NCBI GenBank assembly: GCA_965365445.1
Contig: CBDUBS010000002.1
Span: forward strand, 1 to 61,139
Source: an uncultured bacterium
Lineage (GTDB): Bacteria > Bacteroidota > Rhodothermia > Rhodothermales > DASSAV01
Reading direction: 5' to 3'
Length of the DNA stretch: 61,139 nucleotides
The translations under genes and the position numbers were made by a program. Of this stretch, positions 1 through 7,594 are shown in pieces; the stretch's first letter is position 1, and the number at the start of each line of letters is the position of its first letter. Below the pieces are notes generated by a model. It saw only the letters and a program-made list of their open reading frames with translations, had not been told where the DNA came from and made no database searches.

Positions 1-509
1 GCTTTGGCCTCTGCAGCGGCGCGGGCAGCTTCTTCCTGCGCCCGCCGCTTGTTCTCCGCCTCGGCACGCTCCCGTTCGGCGGCTTCCGAGCGCATTTTCA
101 CTTCCTGCTCCGCCACCTGTTTCCGCTCTATTTCCAGCGACTGCCGTTTCCGCTCGGAGGCGGTCATTTTCGCGGCGGTGCCTTTTTGCGCTCTGGCCGC
201 CCGATGCGATTCGACGGCGGATGCAATTTCCTCCTCCGAACGCCCCTTACGGCGCAATGCATTCGCAAGCAGGAGACCGTGCTTGCTCAGGATATTCCGC
301 ACCGTATCGGTCGGCTGCGCGCCCTCCGAGAGCCAGTACAGAATCCGGTCCTCCTTGAGCGTGACGACTGCCGGCTCCTGGATCACTTCATAGCGGCCCA
401 GGTCCTCGATGAACCGACCGTCTCTCGGGCTACGGCTATCAGCCGCGACCACTGCGTAAATTGGCCGTTTCATGCGGCCCATGCGTCGTAAGCGAAGTTT
501 GACTGCCAC
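1..509 (-). CDS. rpsP: 30S ribosomal protein S16; its 3' end runs off the window start. Absent from the supplied ORF track, probably because no stop codon lies in-window.
   Basis: Hand translation of the minus strand from GTG at 509..507 gives [42 protein letters not shown]..., the canonical S16 N-terminus. The frame stays open down to position 3. A K/E/A/R-rich tail follows. It lies 86 nt downstream of ffh, the common ffh-rpsP order. Confidence 0.9.
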   Translation of the reverse strand, partial: MAVKLRLRRMGRMKRPIYAVVAADSRSPRDGRFIEDLGRYEVIQEPAVVTLKEDRILYWLSEGAQPTDTVRNILSKHGLLLANALRRKGRSEEEIASAVESHRAARAQKGTAAKMTASERKRQSLEIERKQVAEQEVKMRSEAAERERAEAENKRRAQEEAARAAAEAK

Positions 510-595
510 GTTTTTCGATGCTGATTGTGTACGTTGATTCCTGTCGTGCTACGGACTCCATCGAGGCCGCAGGTACTGCTTCCGTCGTTCCTATG

Positions 596-1945
596 TTAAC
601 GGCCCCCGAGAAAGGAAGACAGATCAACCGACCTTCCTTTTCCCATGAGCTTGGTCATCGTCTTCATCATTTTCTTCATCTCGCGAAATTGCTTGAGCAG
701 CTGATTGATATCGCTGACATCAACACCGCTACCCTGAGCAATGCGCCTCCTTCGGCTGCCGTTGAGCACATCCGGATTCTGGCGTTCCTCCGGCGTCATG
801 GACTGGATCATGGCCTCGATGTGCTTGAACGCATCATCGTCCACGTCGAGTTCGCGAACTTGCCGCCCTATACCGGGGATCATGCCCAGCAAATCTTTGA
901 GCGACCCCATCTTCTTGATGCGCTGCAACTGATCGAGGAAGTCCTCCAGGTTGAACTCCTCCGACCGTATTTTCTTCTGAAGCTTCTCCGCCTGCTTTTC
1001 GTCGAACTGCTCCTGCGCTTTTTCCACGAAGGAGACCACGTCTCCCATGCCCAGGATGCGCTGCGCCATCCTGTCCGGGAAAAAGGGGGTCAACGCATCG
1101 ACTTTTTCGCCCGTAGAGGCAAATTTGATCGGTTTGTTAACGACGGATCGTATGGAAAGCGCCGCCCCTCCGCGCGTATCCCCATCGAGCTTCGTCAATA
1201 CGACGCCGCTGAAGTCGAGCCGTTTGTTGAACTCCAGGGCCGTATTAACGGCGTCCTGTCCGGTCATGCTATCCACGACGAACAGGATTTCGTTCGGCTT
1301 TACGGCGGTCTTAATGTTCTCGACTTCCTGCATCATCCGTTCATCGACATGCAGGCGTCCCGCCGTGTCGATGATCAGGATGTCCCGAGCGTTTTTGCGC
1401 GCCTGGGCTACCGCCTCCGTGGCAACACGCACGGCGTCCTGGACGATGGTTCCGTTTTCCTCAACCGAGTAAACCGGAATGCGCAAGCCGCCGGCAAGCG
1501 TTTTGAGCTGGTCTACGGCAGCGGGCCGGTAGACATCCGCCGCCGCCAACATCGGCGCGCGGCCTTTGCCTTTGTAAAAAGCGGCCAGCTTGGCGCAAAA
1601 CGTCGTCTTTCCAGAACCCTGAAGGCCCGCTACGAGAATAACGGTCGGCGGTTTTTGCGCGAGTTCGATCCCGACGTGCTCCTCACCCAGAAAATGCACG
1701 AGCTCGTCGTACACGATCTTGACGAGCTGCTGCCCGGGTGACACCGAGGTAAGTACTTTATCCCCGATGGTTTTTTCCTTTACCCTGTCCGTGAACTCAC
1801 GCGCAACCTGATAATTGACGTCCGCATCGAGGAGAGCCCGACGGATCTCACGCATCGTCTGAGCTATGTTGAGCTCATTGATGCGGCCCTGCCCCGTAAC
1901 GTTCTTAAGGGCATCTTCGAGTTTTTCTGAAAGGCTCTCAAACAT
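596..1945 (-). CDS. ffh: Signal recognition particle protein Ffh
   Basis: 449-aa ORF with SRP54 N/G domains (GLQGSGKTT P-loop, DTAGR, TKLDGD) and a Met-rich M-domain tail (FREMKKMMKTMTKLMGKG). Confidence 0.97.
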   Translation of the reverse strand: MFESLSEKLEDALKNVTGQGRINELNIAQTMREIRRALLDADVNYQVAREFTDRVKEKTIGDKVLTSVSPGQQLVKIVYDELVHFLGEEHVGIELAQKPPTVILVAGLQGSGKTTFCAKLAAFYKGKGRAPMLAAADVYRPAAVDQLKTLAGGLRIPVYSVEENGTIVQDAVRVATEAVAQARKNARDILIIDTAGRLHVDERMMQEVENIKTAVKPNEILFVVDSMTGQDAVNTALEFNKRLDFSGVVLTKLDGDTRGGAALSIRSVVNKPIKFASTGEKVDALTPFFPDRMAQRILGMGDVVSFVEKAQEQFDEKQAEKLQKKIRSEEFNLEDFLDQLQRIKKMGSLKDLLGMIPGIGRQVRELDVDDDAFKHIEAMIQSMTPEERQNPDVLNGSRRRRIAQGSGVDVSDINQLLKQFREMKKMMKTMTKLMGKGRSVDLSSFLGGR

Positions 1946-2063
1946 GATTCGTCGGACGTAACTTCAATCGGGCACTACTGTACATTCATCGCGCTGTGCG
2001 GAAGGGCACAGATGGGATAATGTACGAATTGCGCCGTCTATTTCAAACGCGCTTATACGTGCT

Positions 2064-2468
2064 TCATGCACTCCGGTGCCCTTCCGTAGCGCCGGTTGAT
2101 ACGGATTCGCGGTTCCTCAACAAATCCAGCGTCTCGACGGCATGGCGCAGGTGCGGGATGACGATGGAACCACCCACGACGAGGCCGACATGGAGCGCAT
2201 CCTCCAGCTCTTGATCCGAATATCCGGCCTCAACGCATTGAATGAGATGATAATCGATACAATCGTTGCACCTTAGCACCGTGGACGCCACGAGGCCGAG
2301 CAGTTCCTTAACATTTGCCGGCAGAGCGCCGTCCCGATAGGCCGCCGAATCCAGGCTGAAAAAACGCCGGGTGCCGAGGTGGCTTTTTTCATTCAAGATT
2401 CGGTTATTCATACGGGTACGGTAGGCTTCGTACTCCGTTAACCTGTCCTGCGGGTCCGTGTTGCTCAT
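2064..2468 (-). CDS. Carboxymuconolactone decarboxylase / AhpD-like family protein
   Basis: 134 aa from the internal ATG (aa 44 of ORF 2064..2597). The AhpD-like helical core contains LRCNDCIDYHL (CxxC). The longer ORF start would overlap the divergent gene. Confidence 0.7.
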   Translation of the reverse strand: MSNTDPQDRLTEYEAYRTRMNNRILNEKSHLGTRRFFSLDSAAYRDGALPANVKELLGLVASTVLRCNDCIDYHLIQCVEAGYSDQELEDALHVGLVVGGSIVIPHLRHAVETLDLLRNRESVSTGATEGHRSA

Positions 2469-2488
2469 GGGTCGTCCGATAGAATGGT

Positions 2489-3148
2489 ATGGATAAATCA
2501 CCCGTGCATCTGCCGGATCAGCCGTCGGAGGCAGCATCCAACCCCACGTCGGCTGTCCGTATACAAAAGGCCGAACTGCGCCGGCATTATCTGGCATGCA
2601 GAATGTCCCTATCGGATGAGGAATACGAAACCGGTTCGTCTGCCATCGTAGAGGCCCTCAAGGGATTGCCGGAAATACGTGAAAGCACGAGGGTGCATTG
2701 TTTCTGGCCCCTGGCGACAAAAAAGGAGATCAACCTGGTCCCGTTCGTGTCATGGTTGCAACGGGAAGAAAAGCAGGTTGTGCTACCCGTAATGAAGCCG
2801 GTTGAAACACCGGAGGGCCCACAATTCCGCCTCGCTCACGCCGGATTCACGGGCGATCAAACCCTTCACTCCAATGCATGGGGAGTGGCAGAACCAATCG
2901 GAGGTGATTCCGTTCCGCCTGCAACCCTTCACGTGGTAATCGTGCCGGCCCTCGCCGTTGACAAACGGGGATTTCGGTTGGGCTACGGTAAAGGATATTA
3001 CGACCTGTTTCTGGCAGACCTAACTATACCAAAGATTTGCCCGGTTTTTGAAGGATGTCTTGCAGACGCCCTGCCTGCCGAACCCCATGATGTGCCGGTC
3101 GATATCATCGTAACCGAGGATCGGATCCTGCGTGTGGGAAAAATGTAA
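2489..3148 (+). CDS. 5-formyltetrahydrofolate cyclo-ligase
   Basis: 219 aa. Family motifs AWGVAEP and VIVPALAVDKRGFRLGYGKGYYD are present. Confidence 0.85.
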   Translation: MDKSPVHLPDQPSEAASNPTSAVRIQKAELRRHYLACRMSLSDEEYETGSSAIVEALKGLPEIRESTRVHCFWPLATKKEINLVPFVSWLQREEKQVVLPVMKPVETPEGPQFRLAHAGFTGDQTLHSNAWGVAEPIGGDSVPPATLHVVIVPALAVDKRGFRLGYGKGYYDLFLADLTIPKICPVFEGCLADALPAEPHDVPVDIIVTEDRILRVGKM

Positions 3149-3258
3149 CCTAATGGCCCTTTGCGCGTAGTCCTCTCTATCGGACAATTACTTTTTCGGT
3201 GCTCGACTGACGTTGCGCGCCGGAAGATTATTGAAGCTACTACCCGACACCCATTACA

Positions 3259-3894
3259 ATGAACACCCGCACCCGCAGATCACAGGCCGAGCAAGATCAC
3301 TCGTTATATGAGGAGCGTCCTTCCAGCCTCGAGCTGGAAACCTTCTCGGACGACGACGTCGAAGCCCTGTTATTCGACGAAACGGAAGAAGAACCCAGGG
3401 GGTTCTGGAATCTGCCGACGGCGGCGGGGCTATCGCTCATCCTGGTGGGCGTAGCCTACCTGTTTCAGGAGCTGGGCATCTGGAACGGATTCGACCTCAG
3501 TGTGCTCGTCGGGATGCTCCCGTGGCTGGCCGGCGTGCTGATCATCCTGTTGGGGTTCGGCGTATTGTCGTGGAGACCCAGTAAAAGGAAGAAACGCATC
3601 AAGAAAGGCGCCGGCTCGTCTGCCCGGAAACAGAAAATCATTCTTGACTCCACCGGAGTTCCAAAGGAAAAGAAGCGCCTCGTCAAGTCGCCCGACAAAA
3701 AGATTGCCGGCGTATGCGGGGGCATTGCCGAATATTTCAATCTCGACCCCACGCTGGTACGTATTGCCTTTGTTATTGGTACCATCGCTACGCAGGGCTC
3801 CTTTTTGCTGGCCTATCTGGTGCTATCCTTCGTCATGCCAAAACCGGAGAAGGTTGGTCAGGAAGAGCGAATCACTATCGTAAGGGATATTTAG
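3259..3894 (+). CDS. PspC domain-containing membrane protein
   Basis: 211 aa. It has an acidic N-terminus, two hydrophobic helices and a basic linker (KRKKRIKK). The C-terminal PspC domain reads KKIAGVCGGIAEYFNLDPTLVRIAFVI... Confidence 0.8.
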   Translation: MNTRTRRSQAEQDHSLYEERPSSLELETFSDDDVEALLFDETEEEPRGFWNLPTAAGLSLILVGVAYLFQELGIWNGFDLSVLVGMLPWLAGVLIILLGFGVLSWRPSKRKKRIKKGAGSSARKQKIILDSTGVPKEKKRLVKSPDKKIAGVCGGIAEYFNLDPTLVRIAFVIGTIATQGSFLLAYLVLSFVMPKPEKVGQEERITIVRDI

Positions 3895-3905
3895 CTGAGA
3901 TCGCC

Positions 3906-4097
3906 ATGAACACACCCCGTCGATTGAGAAAAACCCGATCTGATAAAAAAGTAGCCGGAGTGTTGGGAGGCATCGGTGATTACGCAGGGATTGATCCTAC
4001 GCTGGTCCGGGCCGGGTACGCCGTCTTTTCTCTCGTTACCGGCATTATCCCCGGCGTGGTCGCCTATGCCGTGATGGCGGTAATCATGCCGGATTAA
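3906..4097 (+). CDS. Small PspC domain-containing protein
   Basis: 63 aa from the ATG at aa 65 of ORF 3714..4097: MNTPRRLRKTRSDKKVAGVLGGIGDYAGIDPTLVRAGYAVFSL... This is a stand-alone PspC domain plus one TM helix. Confidence 0.8.
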   Translation: MNTPRRLRKTRSDKKVAGVLGGIGDYAGIDPTLVRAGYAVFSLVTGIIPGVVAYAVMAVIMPD

Positions 4098-4261
4098 CCG
4101 ACCCTTGTCATCGCAAAAAGGGCGGCAGGCTCCTGTTCCCTGACGAAAAGCTTCCCGTACAAATAGTTTTGAACCACAGCTATGTGGGTGGGAAGTTTAG
4201 CCAGGGTTTTGGATAGCCCGCCGCCCTCTTCGGTTCGGCCGGTGGCCCCGCACAGGAAGCG

Positions 4262-4840
4262 TCAGACCCGATGGGTTACGCTGTTCGACCAGGCTTCCTG
4301 CGTATTGGAAACCGCCTGCTCCCCGATACCCCGATCCAGCGTAAAGCCCTGATCCTGCGCCGTTTCCTGTGCCACAACCATCGGAAGCACCTGACTGATG
4401 CGCACCAGCAACGGTGTGATCTCTTTCAGTTTGTTGATGGCGAAATGAGCAATCTTGTCGTCATTGATGACGAGCCCGAACGTGTGATACGCCGTATAGC
4501 CCATGGCTGCCAGGCTCAGCGCCGTATAATCGTCACGGAGCATTCGTGATACAGGTTGCTCACGTATCTGGTCATACAGACCGGCGGCAAGGCCGAGCAC
4601 CTCGGTAACGGCTTTTTTCACCGCGGACTCGAAGTCACTCCCGTACTCGCCGGCCATCGTTTCCAGCGCTGAAGCCTGCTCTTTCAATACGCGCTCCATT
4701 TCGATGATGATCTGGTTGGCATCGAGGTTAAGCCGAACGGCTTCATTACCTCGCTGCCGCTCCACGGCTTCGAGAATGTGTTTCACTAAGGCCAGCTGAT
4801 CGCTGGTATGCTTCCGAATGGCATCTGATCGGTCACTCAC
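4262..4840 (-). CDS. Hypothetical protein, predicted all-helical; start uncertain
   Basis: The C-terminal 192 aa of ORF 4262..5107, taken from a GTG preceded by GGAGG. The longer ORF would overlap the upstream M16 gene. I recognise no motif. Confidence 0.5.
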   Translation of the reverse strand: MSDRSDAIRKHTSDQLALVKHILEAVERQRGNEAVRLNLDANQIIIEMERVLKEQASALETMAGEYGSDFESAVKKAVTEVLGLAAGLYDQIREQPVSRMLRDDYTALSLAAMGYTAYHTFGLVINDDKIAHFAINKLKEITPLLVRISQVLPMVVAQETAQDQGFTLDRGIGEQAVSNTQEAWSNSVTHRV

Positions 4841-4964
4841 GGTGCACCTCCATGTCTTGGGTAGATAAACGGACAAAAATCCTTCGCTGTATGTCCGGAT
4901 GCTACTCGACGCGAACAGATGGCGCTCCCAGGAAAAGGTAAATTCTAGGGAAACCCCGAAGTAG

Positions 4965-6239
4965 TCAGATATCGCCGGCCCTGACGACGAACAAACGTGA
5001 AGGAAGGAGATGCGCGGCCAATACCGCATTGATGGAATCAACGGTCTGGCTTTCGATACGCTCGGGAAAAGCATCGAGATATTGCGGCGGCATTCCCCGT
5101 TCCGCATTCAGCAGAACGGCCCGGGCCAGCCCGTGTGTCGTCGCCAGTCCCACCTGAAAGGCGCCGGTCAGGGTAGTTTTCGCCGTACCGAGTTCCTCCT
5201 CCTGGATACCCTGCTCGTGAAGGAGGCGTATCTGCTCGCATGTCGCCTCGATGCCTGCCGTCATGTTTCCCCGGCTGAGGGTGATTGCCGTGCGCCAGTA
5301 CCCCGCATGGCGCCGGTCGAAGCCAATCATAGCCGAATTGACTCCATACGATAGCCCCTGTTCGTCCCGAACAGCGGACATGAGCCGGGAAGAGAAGTTG
5401 CCGCCCAGAATAAAGTTGCCGACGTAAAATGGAAGATATTCCGGGTCGTTCTTACCGAAGGGCACAGCCAGCCCTATACGCACATCGACATTGTCTTTCC
5501 CTGGAACCGAGACGGTTGTCTCTCCCGGTTCCGTCTGCCGGTACTCCGCAGTCAGCGAATGCGCTGCGGTTCGAATCGGCCGGGCGCCGAAGTGACTCTT
5601 CAGCAACCCGGCGAAATCTGCCGGATCGAAATCTCCCACGACAACCAGTTGCACCGGGCCATCTAGGAAATGCCCATGGTAGTATGCCTGTACGTCACCT
5701 TCATTCAACCGATCAAGGTGGGCGAGTCTTTCTTCAACCGGAGGTACGAACTGAGGGTGCCGAGGGCTAAACAGATGGCGGCGCAGGGCCGCATCTGCCT
5801 GTATTGCCGTGTTTTCCTGGCTGCGGAGAAGTCCGGCGGCCATCCGCGCTTTTTCCTTCTCGAACGCTTCCGCTGAAAAAAGAGGCTGCTGTAGTTGCTC
5901 CGCCAGTATGAATACGGCCTCTGCTGCACGTGCGCGAAGGGTCCGGAGCGAAAAAGCGACCCGGATTCCTTCGGAACTGAACCGCACCTCGCTGCCGGTT
6001 TGCTCCAGCGCATCGGCGATCTCGAATTGTGTATGGTGCAGGGTGCCCTTGTCGAGCAGGGCGACCGTAAGCGATTGCAGCAGGGCGTCTCCCTGTTCAA
6101 AATCCGGATAGGTCGTAAAACTTCCTTCGATGGTCACCACAGAGTCAACAGCGGTGGGCAACAGATACAGGTCAACCCCGGGCGCTCCGTGTATCTGCAT
6201 CCGTTCTGCGAGACGAGGACGGTTTTCTTGCGTATCCAT
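4965..6239 (-). CDS. Peptidase M16 family protein, non-catalytic partner (no HxxEH)
   Basis: 424 aa with pitrilysin-like two-domain architecture. LLQSLTVALLDKGT occupies the position of the zinc motif. Its start overlaps the stop of the upstream M16 gene by 1 nt. Confidence 0.85.
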   Translation of the reverse strand: MDTQENRPRLAERMQIHGAPGVDLYLLPTAVDSVVTIEGSFTTYPDFEQGDALLQSLTVALLDKGTLHHTQFEIADALEQTGSEVRFSSEGIRVAFSLRTLRARAAEAVFILAEQLQQPLFSAEAFEKEKARMAAGLLRSQENTAIQADAALRRHLFSPRHPQFVPPVEERLAHLDRLNEGDVQAYYHGHFLDGPVQLVVVGDFDPADFAGLLKSHFGARPIRTAAHSLTAEYRQTEPGETTVSVPGKDNVDVRIGLAVPFGKNDPEYLPFYVGNFILGGNFSSRLMSAVRDEQGLSYGVNSAMIGFDRRHAGYWRTAITLSRGNMTAGIEATCEQIRLLHEQGIQEEELGTAKTTLTGAFQVGLATTHGLARAVLLNAERGMPPQYLDAFPERIESQTVDSINAVLAAHLLPSRLFVVRAGDI

Positions 6240-7573
6240 CAGGTCAGGGGCTCGGTAACAGGGACGTATAGGCCGGTGGTCAACCCATCATCGGTGAAGT
6301 ACGTGCGAGCAACGCGGTTCAGGTCGTCCGACGTAACCCCTCGGATCCGGTCGAGGTACGTTGTAAAAAGGGTCCAGTCTCCCACAGCGATGGCTTCGTT
6401 CAGGTGGGCGGCAATCAGGAACGGTCCGTCTCGCCCGAATGCTTCCTGTGCGATCATGTGGTTGCGGGCGCGATCCAGTTCTTTTTCCGAAACCTCTTCT
6501 TGAACGATTTCGGCAAGGGACGTCCGCAGGGTTTCTTCTACCTCCGCATGGCTCTTGCCCGGAGCGAGCATGGCCGTTAGGGTAAACAGGCCCGGATCCC
6601 TCAGCCGCGCATTCGACGCAAAAACGTGGCTCGTCAGCCCTGCATCCGTAAGTGCTTTGTATAGGCGGCTGTTTTTGCCCCATGCCAGAACAATTGCCAG
6701 CAGATCGAGCGCATCCGCGTCAGGATCGCTTCCTTTCGGTGACTTATAGGCCATTTTAATCGCACCGAGCAGCCCGGGCCGGCGAAGCACGATACGTCGC
6801 TCTCCGTACTGCGGAGGTTCAACCGTGTAGGTCTGCGGTATGGTTTGCGGCGACGCCTCGATTCCCCCGAAGAAGGCTTCCACCTTTTCCAGCACGTCCG
6901 CCCTATCGGCATCCCCGATGATGGATAGGGTAGCATTGTTGGGCCAGTAGTAGGTATCGTAAAACTGCTTCAAAACCTCCCGGCGGACGTTCTCAACATC
7001 ACTTCTCCAGCCGATCGTAGGGTGGTGGTACGGATGGGCCTGAAAAGCAGCGCTCCAGACGGCATGATGCAACCGGCGCGTCGGTTCGTTTTCCCCCCGG
7101 TCGAGCTCGTTGAGAATCACCGTTCGCTCGCTTTCCATGTCGGCCGGGTCGATCAGCGCATTCCGCATCCTGTCTGCTTCTATCTGCAGCGCCAGATCCA
7201 GATACGCGCTCGGCAACAGTTCGTAGTAATTGGTACGGTCGAACCAGGTGGTCGCATTGACGAGCGCCCCTACCCGCTGTAATACATTGAAGATCGATGT
7301 GCCGGATTTCTTGTTGAAGCGGGCCGTCCCCTTGAACATCAGGTGTTCGAGGAAGTGCGTTGCGCCCGTAAGCCCCAGTCCTTCATGACGGCTTCCGACC
7401 CGGTATGTAACCAAAACGGCCGCTACCGGCGCTGTTCGCTGCTCCATGAACAGAACCCGCAGACCGTTCCCTGGCATTCGATACTCTTCGATTCCACCTG
7501 AAGTGCGTACGAACTCCATACCGCTCGTCTGAATGTGCACCAATCCGGGCGCGCCGTTTTTCTTACCTGCCAT
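6239..7573 (-). CDS. Peptidase M16 family zinc protease (catalytic subunit)
   Basis: HxxEH zinc motif in GATHFLEHLMFKGT. About 444 aa from the ATG (the ORF-track start at 7579 is TTG). Confidence 0.9.
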   Translation of the reverse strand: MAGKKNGAPGLVHIQTSGMEFVRTSGGIEEYRMPGNGLRVLFMEQRTAPVAAVLVTYRVGSRHEGLGLTGATHFLEHLMFKGTARFNKKSGTSIFNVLQRVGALVNATTWFDRTNYYELLPSAYLDLALQIEADRMRNALIDPADMESERTVILNELDRGENEPTRRLHHAVWSAAFQAHPYHHPTIGWRSDVENVRREVLKQFYDTYYWPNNATLSIIGDADRADVLEKVEAFFGGIEASPQTIPQTYTVEPPQYGERRIVLRRPGLLGAIKMAYKSPKGSDPDADALDLLAIVLAWGKNSRLYKALTDAGLTSHVFASNARLRDPGLFTLTAMLAPGKSHAEVEETLRTSLAEIVQEEVSEKELDRARNHMIAQEAFGRDGPFLIAAHLNEAIAVGDWTLFTTYLDRIRGVTSDDLNRVARTYFTDDGLTTGLYVPVTEPLT

Positions 7574-7594
7574 GCTCAACCCTCTATGGAACGA

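Noticed and set aside
4-491. + strand ORFs 4..393 and 186..491 at the window start
   Set aside because: The minus strand here encodes ribosomal protein S16 with a canonical N-terminus. The + ORFs have Ala/Ser/Arg-rich nonsense composition.
518-1741. 407-aa + strand ORF opposite ffh. Similar cases: 7535..8833 opposite polA, 42478..43563 opposite the decarboxylase beta subunit, 44380..45384 opposite the carboxyltransferase, 59439..60518 opposite S46, 24213..25124 and 24829..25620 opposite lspA/dksA, and 55069..55731 opposite pruA.
   Set aside because: All are mirror-strand ORFs of confidently identified genes. They have Arg/Gly/Pro-rich low-information translations and no family motifs.
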